A stretch of DNA of 64,000 nucleotides from Malacoraja senta (Eukaryota), in assembly GCA_038087875.1 (NCBI GenBank), contig CM075990.1, positions 1 through 64,000 on the forward strand. Reading direction: 5' to 3'. Position 1 is the first letter of the stretch, and each line of letters begins with the position of its first letter. The notes under the pieces are model-generated. The model was not told the DNA's origin. It did not search any database and worked only from the letters and a program-made list of their open reading frames with translations. Both the position numbers and the translations under genes were made by a program. Of the stretch, positions 26,192-36,872 are shown one piece after another.

Positions 26192-26930
26192 TCGTTCTAA
26201 GCTTTCCCCCAGTCTAGTTTCAGTTAAAAATCACAGAGTCAAACGCATCTAAACTTTATTTTGACAAAACCCAATTACAGTTCCTACTACTGTACATAAC
26301 CACCGCGGGTCCGATCCTCATATCTGCCTGATCAAGCCCTCTAGGCCTAGCTCAAGCAGGGACACTCCAGAAGGTCACGCGGTCCTAAGCGCTCTCACAG
26401 AAGATCGACGCAGGACCTTGTGGCAGCAGACTTTTATAGGTCCCCGGACCTCGAGGGGCTGAACCACATGGGGATGGTCTCTTTACAATCCAATTACAGA
26501 TATCGATTAACCCCATACATGACAGACATTTCCCTAACCCAATAAAACAGTGGCTCATACATTGTATTCAAACAGTGTTTCTCAGAGGAAACGAACATCG
26601 CAACATTTGCCTTGATATGCAAGAAAACCAAACATGGCTCAATACTTAATCCAATCAACATTCAGCAAAGTAAAGCTTTGCAACATTATTTACATTGTGT
26701 ATGTCTGGTTTGCATTCATCCAATCCATTCTATGCATTTTGCATCTAATTCTCAGGGTCTGCAGATGTTCCCATTCTCTTCCTGCAGGTCTGATCTAAGC
26801 TCTAGACAAACTGGCACCACTCTGCAGCTTGTCCCATTTCTACAGAAAGCACTTTGAAATTGACCAAATGGCCTAGAAGCCTTTACTCAATTTTAGGGTC
26901 CCAGCCTCTCCAATTTGACCAGGATTAATA
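26190..26930 (-). repeat. 5' LTR, U5 tip deleted
   Basis: Direct repeat of 21663-22402 with scattered substitutions and indels; TATAAAA 26432-26438, AATAAA 26255-26260 on minus strand. Confidence 0.92.
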
Positions 26931-27149
26931 GTAAGATTAAATGAGAACTTACCAGTTTGAAGTGTGATCTTTATTTTATGAGGAGTTACGATGAGGGATT
27001 ACGTGAAGAGCCCGCCAGCCCGCATGCGCGTCAATCTTCAAAGCAGTGGTGTGAAGTCACAGATAACAGTTGTTGAACTGAATATAGTAAGATTCGATAA
27101 ACTAGAACTACCAGCTGACCTTTATGAGGAGAGGGTTGGGAGCGGAGGG

Positions 27150-27276
27150 CACGTAATCCCTCATCGTAACTCCTCATAAAATAAAGATCAAGCTTCAAAC
27201 TGGTAAGTTCTCATTTAATCTTACTATTTTAATCTTACTATTTTACTTCGGAGTCACGTGAGTGACTACGTGAAGA
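27150..27276. repeat. DIRS internal complementary region (ICR)
   Basis: 27150-27228 is the reverse complement of 26927-27005 (2 mismatches); 27237-27276 is the reverse complement of 35670-35709 (2 mismatches). Confidence 0.93.
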
Positions 27277-27404
27277 TTTCAAAGCTCTGTGAATTCATGC
27301 CGTGGACACGAGTCCATGCGTCACACACTGCATCAATTGACCAAGGATGAGTGAAAATAATAATGCATTCAGACATGCTGATGCTTGTTAATGAGCAAAT
27401 GAAC

Positions 27405-28330
27405 TTAAAATGGAATTGACAAATACCCCCGGTCTGGCAATGGGTTTGTTATAAAACATTTTTGGAAAGTTCGTTCGTTTGACCATCCTGCAGTCGCTAG
27501 GATATGGTCGAGTGGAACCTCCATAACCCTTGCTGCTGACGTTGTTGCAGCCCTGGTGGAGTGAGATTTGAAAACATCAGTATCCACTCCTGCACAAGCC
27601 AGAACCCGTTTTATACACCTGGAGATGGTCTGTACTAATACCTTCTTATGAGGTTTATTGTAACTAACAAACCTTGCTAGTTCAGAGCCTCCAAGGCTCT
27701 TGGTGAGCTTAACGTACTGTTGTAGATAAATGACCACACACAACCGAAGGTCCATGGGGTATGCCATGAATCTAATTTCAGACTGGACGCCTCTGTTCTA
27801 CTCTGCTTGACTAAGTCATAAACATAAAATGTTATAATATTTGCAGATGTAACCATCCTGTCCAGTTGCAGCTCATGCAATGACTGGACCCATTTCGCTG
27901 AAACCAGCGCCATGAGCATAACCACTTTGTAAGTGAGTTTGACCAAGGACAGAGATGTAGCTGGAGCCCACCGGCGAAGCAGCGTGAGCACCACGTTAAC
28001 ATCCCATATCACCGAATACCTGGGCCTGGGGGAATTTGAGTTGAAGATACCCTTCATAAACCTAGCTATCTGAGGGTGAGACTCGACAGAGTGGTGTCCC
28101 GATCCCAGCAACAAGTATGACGACAAGGCACTTCTGGCACCATTTATGGCACTATAATCAATCCCTCATCAAAATATAGTTTTGAGAGGAATTCCAACCC
28201 ATCTGTTATACATGCTGTGTCATACGAAATGTAGGACTGTAACAGAACACTTCCTATTTCTTGATATAGGAGTGATCACGTCCTCCGTACGATCTGACAG
28301 TCCAAGCCCCAGAAAAGGTCTTCTCAGAGT
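27405..28330 (-). pseudogene. DIRS tyrosine recombinase, frameshifted
   Basis: HPQIARFMKGIFN..PRYSVIWDV..LMALVSA; FKSHSTRAA (HxxR)..AGWSNERTFQK. Confidence 0.88.
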
Positions 28331-29800
28331 CTGAAAACCAACAAATGGATTTGATCCTCCCCAGTCACGGGGTGAACCAACAGATTTCTGCGTTTGGGAA
28401 CGGCCATACAAGGCTCTGATATTATTCCTAGTATCAGTGGGAACCATGGCTGCGTAGGCCAGTCAGGCATTACCAACATGCCTGACGCGGGATCTTGCTG
28501 TATTTTTGCAAGTACCGACTGATGAGGCAAAATGGAGGGAAATGCCTAAAAGAACATTCCTCCCCAGTGTAGCGAGAATGCATCCATCGCCACTGCCCCT
28601 GGGTCTGGCTGCCATGCTGTCCGGTGTTCCATACCGAGCAACAATGTCGTTCACACGTTATGATCGAACATCCATTCTGTGTTGTCATTAAATTTCCGTG
28701 ACCTGGTGTCCGGCACCATGTTAAACCTACCTGGTAAGTAGGTACCTGAAACCCAAATGTTTCTTGCAATACACCAGTGCCAAATAAGGTTACCCAGTTT
28801 ATCCCAAGATACTGACTTGATTCCACCCATGTGATTAATATATGCCACCACTGTAGTGTTGTCAATCTGTAGTTGAACATGCAGATGATGCATATTCCCA
28901 CCATAAGCCTTCAACCCATAGAGTGCTCCCAGCACCTCTAAATAGTTGATACCATGTAACTGAAAGCTTGATGACTTATGCACATTCCATCTGCCGCCAT
29001 AGCTAGAGATGGTATTGGTAGCACCCCAACCTTGAGCACTAGTATCAGATTGTAATTAAACTGAAGATTTGCTGACCAAATGTTACTGGAGCAATGCCGA
29101 ATATTGGTCATCCACCACTGATACTCAGAAATGGATTCAGCTGGAAATCGCATAGGTCTGATTAAAGAGACCTGCATGGTATTAGTGCTTGCTCCTTAGC
29201 ACATTCTGATAATGCAAAGGCCCAAGCTGTGCAGCTGGAAAGCAGCCACTAATTTGCCAATTACACTGGCTAATTGTCGAATAGAAGGTTGCTCCATAAC
29301 AACGAGATTGTTACAGGCTTCTATTAATTCTAATCTCTTGACCCAAGGCAGAGTCACGGACATGTGAAATAAAGTTAATGGTAAATCCCAAATACTAAAT
29401 TATTCTAGATGGTGTCAACTTGATTTAACTGGATGGATGAGAACCCCAATCTCTAAAACATGGGTTTAGTGGCTGAAACAGCTAATTTAGCCAACTCCAG
29501 GGTTTTCCTTATGATTAGGATATCATCCAAATATGCCATAACAATATGATTTTGAGCTCAAAGTAGCCCAAGTTCTGGCTTCAATAATTTGGTAAGTAAT
29601 CTGGGCTGAAGTTAACCCATTAGGCAATGCTTTAAACTGCCACAGTTGCCCCATCCAGCTAAATTTCAAATATCTCCGGTGATCCCAGCGAAAGGGTACC
29701 GAGATAGTATGCATCTTTGAGATTGATGCATGCCATATAACATCAGTATGGAAATCAGTCGTTTGGCAGTAACAAATTTTCCATTTTGAAATGTCTATAC
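28324..29800 (-). pseudogene. DIRS RT / RNase H / methyltransferase-like remnants
   Basis: YLKFSWMGQLWQFKALPNGLTSA (RT); INYLEV..IDNTTVVAYINHMGG..LPGRFNMVPD (RH); VMPDWPTQPWFP (MT-like). Confidence 0.85.
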
Positions 29801-30627
29801 TGCACAAAACCAGTTAAGTCTAGTCAAAATATACTAGAAACAAATTGGTTCACGACTCAACTTCTCAATTGCCCCTTGTATATAACTTTTGAATTTCAGC
29901 ATGTACATCCAAATCTTCCTGTTGAGAATGGACAATGTCCGGTTTGGTGTATGCTGTGTGGGTGGCAATGAATTCAATTTGGAAACATTGTATACTGTGC
30001 AGTATAAACAAATCTGATGTTATCCAACGCCTTTCATTCTAAACAAGTGTAATATCACCAACTTGTAACTGATCCACACAACCCATGTGTCGAAAAGAAC
30101 CAGACCCACGTACCTGCATTGTAACCGGTGGTCCTACGGTAAGCCCAAAGGCCCCTGATGTGGATTCTATTCCCGTCCTTGATTTGGAGGGTAGGACTGC
30201 TGGGATACGTGGATTACACATTTTCCATGAGGGCCGGCTTGGGCCTAGGCCTGAAGACCTCCGCCCAGAGAATCAGCTTTCAAGCTGCCACCAGCTTCAG
30301 TGAACCGCTTACTGCCGATGGAGGCGTAGGGGTGTTTGTCGCCGAAACGGTGAAGCTTTGTTCGTCGCTGGTACCTTGATTAGTCTGACAGCTTTGCTTC
30401 CTCATCGAAGTTTTTACCTGTTCGGCTGGGTCTTCTCCAAGGAGAAGATTCGGCGGCTGGACATTGCTGGCCTCACCATCCATAGTCACCCCAGATAGCG
30501 CTGTTCACTGCCGGCACCTTCAGAAATGCACAATTTACAGGTGTATGTTCCTGTAATGACGTGACGTGAGGTCACTGATGCTTACCAAGCTTGTAATGTG
30601 AGGGGAAACTCTGCCCCCCCCCCCCCG

Positions 30628-30741
30628 GGTTTTCTGCCATAGGCTGGAAGCCAACTCTTCCTGCAGCAGCTCCTCCGTTTGCGAGGATATCGCAACCTTT
30701 GATGCCATCTTGAACCTCATGCATGTACTCCAGTATGTTTC
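30628..30741 (+). repeat. 114-bp direct repeat, left copy (L1 TSD)
   Basis: Matches 34860-34973 with 2 substitutions; abuts the L1 poly(T). Confidence 0.93.
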
Positions 30742-33700
30742 TTTTTTCTTTTTTTTTAATATTTTTTATTATTGGAGATAAGTACACAACTTATTTACAT
30801 CATTACAGTCTAACATTTTTGAATTGATAATATTGTCAATTATTATTACATTGTCTCCAATACCTTTTGCCTTTTTTTTAAAAACTAGATAGAACTAAAG
30901 AGATAGATGAAGTAAAGAAAGAAAAGAAAGAGAAGAAGAATAAAAAAAAATTAAAAAAAACAAAGAGAAAAAAAAAAAAAAAAAGGAGAAAAATAGTTAA
31001 AGAAGAATGGAAAAATTTATTGAAATAAAAAACTTCATTCGAGGTATATTCGTACATTTCAGAGTATAGCATTTCATCCATTCTTTAGCCCGAGTGCTAG
31101 TCAGGTTCCTGTGCTGAACTATTCTGACCCTTTAAGTAATCAATAAAAGGAGACCATGTTCCTACGAATAATTCCTGTTTGTCCAACAGGGAAAATCTGA
31201 TTCTTTCCACGTATAAGGTCTCCGTCATTTCTATAATCCACATTTTGATTGTGGGGGCCGTAGGGCCTTTCCAAAATTTTAGAATTAATTTTTTTCCTGT
31301 TATTAAACTATAATCAATAAAATTTCTTTGTGTTGTTCTAAATGTTTGATTTAATTCTAATATTCCGAGTATTATTAATTTTGGATCTGGGTCCAATATT
31401 GTGCCGGTTACTTTAGATATTATACTGAAAATATTTACCCAGAATTTTTTAATTTTTATACAGTTTGCAAACATATGAGATAATGTAGCTTCTAAATGTT
31501 GACATTTATCACATATAGGTGAGATATGTTGAAACATTTTATGTAGTTTTGTTTTTGAATAATGTAACCTATGTATTACTTTAAATTGTATTAGAGAATG
31601 TCTGGCGTTTAGTGAGCACTGATGTATGTGTTGCAAACTTTCTTCCCAAGTATCTTTCGTTATTACTTGATTTAATTCTTTTTCCCATGTTTGTCTGTGT
31701 AATTCCGTCGAAGGAATGTCACTGTCTAATAAGATATTATATATATAAGATATTAATTTTTCTGTATTAGGATGTTTGTTCCAACATTCATCAAGAATTT
31801 CTGAATTTCTAAATCGAAAATTTTGAGAGTTCGATTTTACATAATCTCTAAGTTGAAGATATCTGAAATAATCATTTCCTCGAAGTCCATAAGTCTGTTG
31901 CAACTCCTGAAATGTCAGAAAGGTGCCTTCCTTATAAAGTTGTCCCATATTTTTAATTCCATAATTCTTCCATTGTGTAAAACCCCCGTCCAACCATGAA
32001 GGCTTAAACAAAGGGTTATTCACAATTGGAAGAAAAAGTGATAAATTATCTAATTTTAATGTCTTTTTTAATTGTTTCCAAATTCGTATAGCACTAAATA
32101 TTATAGGGTTTTCCCTATAAATTTTTTTGTTTAATTTAGACGTAGCAAATAATATCGAACCGATATCAAAAGGTAAACAATCTTCCTTTTCCATTTTTAA
32201 CCAGTCTGGTTGATGATCTATTTCTTCCAACCAGAAATTCATATTTTTGATATTAACAGCCCAGAAATAAAACAAAAAGTTGGGTAAAACCAAGCCTCCA
32301 TTTATTTTTGATTTACACAAGTGTCTTTTGTTTATCCTATGATTCTTATAATCCCAGATAAAATCATTAACAATAGAGTCCAGTTTTAAAAAAAAGTTTT
32401 TTGTCAGATATATCGGAATTGTCTGAAAAAGGTATAATATTTGCGGTAAAAAAATCATTTTTATAGCATTAATTTTGCCAACCATTGAGATAGGAAGTGT
32501 TTTCCAGTATTGAATATTCTTATGTAGTTTGTTCAATAATGGGGGAAAATTTGCTTTAAATAATGATGTATATCTCTTAGTTATATAAATACCTAGATAT
32601 TTAAATTTTTCATTTACTATCTTAAATGGAAATTGTTGTATTATCTGTTTGTTATGTTCCCTTATTGGCATAATTTCACTTTTATTCCAATTTATTCTGT
32701 ATCCTGAAAGTGAACCAAATTGGGTTATTAGCTTTAATAAGTTTGGAATACTAATTTCTGGTTTTGTAATGTAAATTAATACATCATCTGCGTATAGAGA
32801 AATTTTATTCACTGTGTCCTTTGTGTTATACCCATGTATTTCCGGATGCCCCCTAACTCTTTCTGCCAGTGGCTCAATAGCAAGCGCAAATAATAATGGA
32901 GATAACGGGCATCCTTGTCTACAACCTCTAGATAGGCTAAATTTAGATGACAACCTTTGGTTTGTAAGTATTCTAGCCGTGGGATTTGTATATAACAGTT
33001 TTATCCATGTACAGAATTTCTCCCCTAGCTGCATATTTTCCATCACCGAAAATAAATAAGACCATTCCACCTGATCAAATGCTTTTTCAGCGTCAAGTGA
33101 GATTATTGCTAGATCTTCGTTAATAATTCTCTTGGAATATATAATATTAAATAATCTTCTTAGATTATAATATGAATACCGTTTCTGAATAAAGCCTGTT
33201 TGGTCAGGGTGTATTAATTTATTCATCACTGTACTTAATCTATGCGCTAGTATTTTAGTTAATATTTTCTGATCTGTATTTAAAAGTGCAATTGCTCTGT
33301 ATGATCCCGGGTCTTCCGGATCTTTATCAGCTTTAGGAATAAGTGTTATTATAGATTCATTTAAAGTGTCTGGAAGTTTCTGTTGAGTATAGATATATTC
33401 ATACAGTCTTTGTAAACGTGGGCAAAGCAAATCATAAAATTTTTTATAAAATTCGGAGCCTAAACCATCTGGTCCTACTGCTTTACCATTTTTTAAAGAA
33501 CCAATAGACTCTTCAATATCCTTTATCGTAATCTCCCTTTCTAATAATTCTCTATCGTTTGAATCTAAACCTTTTAAATTACATTTTAGTAAAAAATCTG
33601 CTATTCCTTCTGATTGTGCTACTGTTTTAGTTGAATAAAGGTTATAATAGTATTGGAGAAATCTATCATTTATGTCCTTGGGCATTTTTAATAATTCTCC

Positions 33701-34859
33701 TGTCTCTGTTCTAATTTTATGAATTATTTTTTCCCCTTCCATTTTTCGTAACTGACGTGCTAATAGTTTTTGTGGTTTGTCTCCAAATTCAAAATGTAAT
33801 TGTTTGGTTTTTTGATAAAGTTTTATTACTTGTTCTGAATACATTTTATTTAATTTATATTTCAATACAACGATTTTATTATGTTTTAAAGTAGATGGCA
33901 TTCTCGCATTTTCTATATCTAGTTGCTTGATTTCGCTTTCCAATGTTTGTTGCTTAATCCTGTTCTCTTTGTTATAAAATGCTTGAGCAGAAATTAATGT
34001 ACCTCGAACATACGCTTTAAACGTTTCCCACATAAGAGAAGTAGGTGTGTCAGGGTTGTCATTTACCTCAAAAAATATTTGAATCTGTTTAATAATATAT
34101 TCCTGGCATGATCTTTCATTCAAAATTTGTGGGTTAAATCTCCAATATGCTTGTTTCTCGGACATTCCATTCAATTTAATCATGAATGTTACAGGTGCGT
34201 GATCTGAGATTATAATGTTATGGTATTTTAAATTATAAATAAATGGGGTAAACGTAGAGTCAACTAAAAAATAATCTATTCTTGAGTATGTTTTATGTAC
34301 TGGTGAGTAAAATGAATATTCCCGTCCAGTTGGGTTTTCTATTCTCCAGACATCCTTTATATTAGAGGTATTAATAAATGAATTTAGAAATACACTTGAT
34401 TGGGATTTTACTTTTTTTTGCCTTGATGATCTATCTAAGTATGAATCTAATGTACAATTGAAGTCTCCTCCAATTATTAATTTATATTGTGTAAATTCAG
34501 GAATTTTATTAAATGTTTTATTAAAAAACATGGGGTTATCAAAATTAGGCCCATATACATTCAGAAGAATCACTTTTTCTCCATTTAACTCTCCAACTAG
34601 TATAATATAACTACCATCAATATCCACTATTGTTGAAGAGTTCGTAAAAGGTATTCCTTTACGAATTAATATTGCAACTCCTCTGGACTTGTGGGAAAAG
34701 GAGGAATGATATGCTTCAGCGATCCACTTAGCTTTAAGTCTATGTTGAGATTCCTTTTTAAGGTGTGTTTCTTGAAGAAATATTACATCTGTTTTGAGTA
34801 AATTTAAATGTGCCAAAACTTTACCTCTTTTAATTGGTTCATTGATTAATTGGTTCATT
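30742..34859 (-). mobile_element. L1-clade LINE, 5'-truncated at the start of ORF2
   Basis: Open ORF2, T-rich 3' UTR, AATAAA, poly(A), flanking direct repeats. Confidence 0.95.
31097..34858 (-). CDS. L1 ORF2p-like protein (APE endonuclease lacking its first strand, RT, C-terminal Cys/His domain), 1253 aa from first ATG
   Basis: FLQETHL, GGDFN, SRIDY, SDH; LDAEKAFD, GCRQGCPLSP, LYADD; CDKC..H..C; no internal stops. Confidence 0.88.
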   Translation of the reverse strand: MNQLINEPIKRGKVLAHLNLLKTDVIFLQETHLKKESQHRLKAKWIAEAYHSSFSHKSRGVAILIRKGIPFTNSSTIVDIDGSYIILVGELNGEKVILLNVYGPNFDNPMFFNKTFNKIPEFTQYKLIIGGDFNCTLDSYLDRSSRQKKVKSQSSVFLNSFINTSNIKDVWRIENPTGREYSFYSPVHKTYSRIDYFLVDSTFTPFIYNLKYHNIIISDHAPVTFMIKLNGMSEKQAYWRFNPQILNERSCQEYIIKQIQIFFEVNDNPDTPTSLMWETFKAYVRGTLISAQAFYNKENRIKQQTLESEIKQLDIENARMPSTLKHNKIVVLKYKLNKMYSEQVIKLYQKTKQLHFEFGDKPQKLLARQLRKMEGEKIIHKIRTETGELLKMPKDINDRFLQYYYNLYSTKTVAQSEGIADFLLKCNLKGLDSNDRELLEREITIKDIEESIGSLKNGKAVGPDGLGSEFYKKFYDLLCPRLQRLYEYIYTQQKLPDTLNESIITLIPKADKDPEDPGSYRAIALLNTDQKILTKILAHRLSTVMNKLIHPDQTGFIQKRYSYYNLRRLFNIIYSKRIINEDLAIISLDAEKAFDQVEWSYLFSVMENMQLGEKFCTWIKLLYTNPTARILTNQRLSSKFSLSRGCRQGCPLSPLLFALAIEPLAERVRGHPEIHGYNTKDTVNKISLYADDVLIYITKPEISIPNLLKLITQFGSLSGYRINWNKSEIMPIREHNKQIIQQFPFKIVNEKFKYLGIYITKRYTSLFKANFPPLLNKLHKNIQYWKTLPISMVGKINAIKMIFLPQILYLFQTIPIYLTKNFFLKLDSIVNDFIWDYKNHRINKRHLCKSKINGGLVLPNFLFYFWAVNIKNMNFWLEEIDHQPDWLKMEKEDCLPFDIGSILFATSKLNKKIYRENPIIFSAIRIWKQLKKTLKLDNLSLFLPIVNNPLFKPSWLDGGFTQWKNYGIKNMGQLYKEGTFLTFQELQQTYGLRGNDYFRYLQLRDYVKSNSQNFRFRNSEILDECWNKHPNTEKLISYIYNILLDSDIPSTELHRQTWEKELNQVITKDTWEESLQHIHQCSLNARHSLIQFKVIHRLHYSKTKLHKMFQHISPICDKCQHLEATLSHMFANCIKIKKFWVNIFSIISKVTGTILDPDPKLIILGILELNQTFRTTQRNFIDYSLITGKKLILKFWKGPTAPTIKMWIIEMTETLYVERIRFSLLDKQELFVGTWSPFIDYLKGQNSSAQEPD

Positions 34860-34973
34860 GGTTTTCTGCCATAGGCTGGAAGCCAACTCTTCCTGCAGCA
34901 GCTCCTCCGTTTGCGAGGATAACGCAACCCTTGATGCCATCTTGAACCTCATGCATGTACTCCAGTATGTTTC
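34860..34973 (+). repeat. 114-bp direct repeat, right copy (L1 TSD)
   Basis: Matches 30628-30741; DIRS sequence continues after it. Confidence 0.93.
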
Positions 34974-35707
34974 ATGGACATACTTCCAAGTTTGGAGTCA
35001 GTCACACACTGACCCCTCGCTCTCCCCTCCACAGAGAGCGAGATTTGTAAGCAGCCCTGAAACAGGTGCTGCTGCCGGTCCCCAACGAGACCTGCGCTGA
35101 TATGACCCCGTTCCATGGACCATATCAGGATGGAGCATCACCTCAGTGGGATGAACGCCCTGCGGACGCATCCATGCTCCACCTGGGTAAACGTCCGAGG
35201 ACGTACCCATGGAGGGGAACCCTCCTGGCCTGACTTGTCCCAGTCCAGGCCTGTCGGACTCCATTCGGCTGCACAGCCTCTCGGGGCTGCCGGAGTCTGG
35301 AGTCGCTGTCCGCCCTGTCAGCGACTTGGGTAGCGAACCTGACCGCCGCCAGCTGCCCGCACTCCCGCGGAGCCGCGATTCCCCGCGGTCTCCGTAGCCG
35401 GGTTTCCCCGAGCCGGGTCTCTCCGCTGAGCCGGGATTTCCCGCGGTCTCCGTAGCCGGGTTTCCCCGAGCTGGGTTTCCCCGCGGAGCCGGGATTTCGA
35501 CCCCGGAATGTCATCCAGCAGGAACTCTGTAAAAGAGCTTCCTGCAAGGAAAAAGCACAACCTGAAATTAAGTTCGAAAACTTACCTGCAGGATTTTGAA
35601 ACTGACCGCTGGAGGAGCGACGCGCCTTCCAGCCAGTCGTTGTGCCATGCGTTAGACGTAATGGCGGCCTCTTCACGTAGTCACTAATGTGACTCCGAAG
35701 TAAAATA

Positions 35708-36392
35708 GTCCTTCTGCAGATGTACAGAGCCCTGGTGAGACCACACCTAGAGTATTGTGTGCAGTTTTGGTGTCCTAATTTGAGGAAGGACATTCTTGCT
35801 ATTGAGGGAGTGCAGCGTAGGTTCACAAGGTTAATTCCCGGGATGGCGGAACAGTCATATGATGAAAGGTCGCCATAGACAAAATCGATACTTTTTTTAC
35901 TCATAGGTTAGTCGAAATAGGTCGTAGTAGGTCGGCATGTTATTCATATATAATCGAGGGTATTCGAAGGTAATCGAAGGTTACTGAAGGTAGTCGTAGA
36001 TAGTCTTCAACATATTTGAAGGGAGGTTGAAAGGAGGTCGAAGGAGGTTGTCTTCACTCTCCACTATTCGGTGTCCAATTTTCCCGAAGCTAGTCAAAGT
36101 TAGTCGAAGCTAGTCTTCAACATAGTCGAAGGAGGTCGAAGGAGGTCTTCTACATGACATTTTTTTAAACTCTCCTGAACTCTTCTAAACTGGCCAATTA
36201 GGTCACCACAGTGGGCAGCCCCTTATTAGATAGAGTTCTTAGGGCTAGCGGAATCAAGAGATATGGGGAGAAGGCAGGAACGGGGTACTGATTGTGGATG
36301 ATTAGCCATGATGACATTGAAGGGCAGTGCTGGCTCGAAGGCCGAAATGGCCTACTCCTGCACCTATTTTCTATGTATCTATGTATCTATGT
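35708..36392 (+). mobile_element. CR1 fragment, right part, with internal deletion and MITE remnant
   Basis: LLQMYRALVRPHLEYCVQFW to 35868, 3' end from about 36226, (ATCTATGT)n tail. Confidence 0.85.
35869..36223. mobile_element. One-ended PIF/Harbinger-like MITE remnant
   Basis: Ends CAGTGGGCAGCCCCT followed by TA; internal GTCGAAG-type short repeats; left TIR not found. Confidence 0.5.
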
Positions 36393-36872
36393 AAATGCTA
36401 GCATGGACAAGGTGGATCTGTTGCTATGCTATATGACTTCATGAACTCTATATATGACACTACAATCTCAAGTCTCCAAAGTAAATCATTGGCTGCTCTT
36501 TTGACTTTAGAGATACAACGTAGAAACAGGTCCTTCAGCCCACTTGGTCCGCGCTGGCCAGCTATCACCCCGTACTCTAACCGACACATACTATGGACAA
36601 ATTTACAAATTACTGGTCAATTAACCTAAAAAACTGTACATCTCTGGAGTGTAGGAGGAAAACGAATCACCCATGCGGTCACAGGGAGAACCTACAAACT
36701 CCAGCTCAGAACACTAGAAATTCCTTGAGTCAAGAGAGAACAAATATAAATCCACATCTCTTTTTATTTTGTTGATCTATTGAATCATGTTCGGTCAGAT
36801 TAAAGTAAAATCTAATGTTGGCACAGTGAGTGAGACCCAATACTGCTACCTACCCCTATTGATGGTGTTACT

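Larger units (their letters stand above)
21655..26930 (-). mobile_element. Endogenous retrovirus-like provirus (class I-like, tRNA-Pro primed), non-autonomous, gag remnant only
   Basis: Two LTRs, GTCC TSD (21651-21654 and 35708-35711 once the DIRS is removed), PPT, partial PBS, matrix-like ORF and CCHC knuckle. Confidence 0.88.
26927..35709 (-). mobile_element. DIRS1-type tyrosine-recombinase retrotransposon, both ends present, ORFs decayed, interrupted by L1
   Basis: RT, RNase H, MT-like and YR remnants; termini complementary to an ICR; AATAGT at both junctions. Confidence 0.92.

Noticed and set aside
34859..34927. First 23 aa of the 1276-aa ORF
   Set aside because: Non-ATG start, read from the duplicated DIRS target sequence; not L1-derived
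35143..35904. 253-aa minus-strand ORF
   Set aside because: Crosses the CR1/DIRS junction; antisense CR1 plus GC-rich repetitive DIRS 5' region
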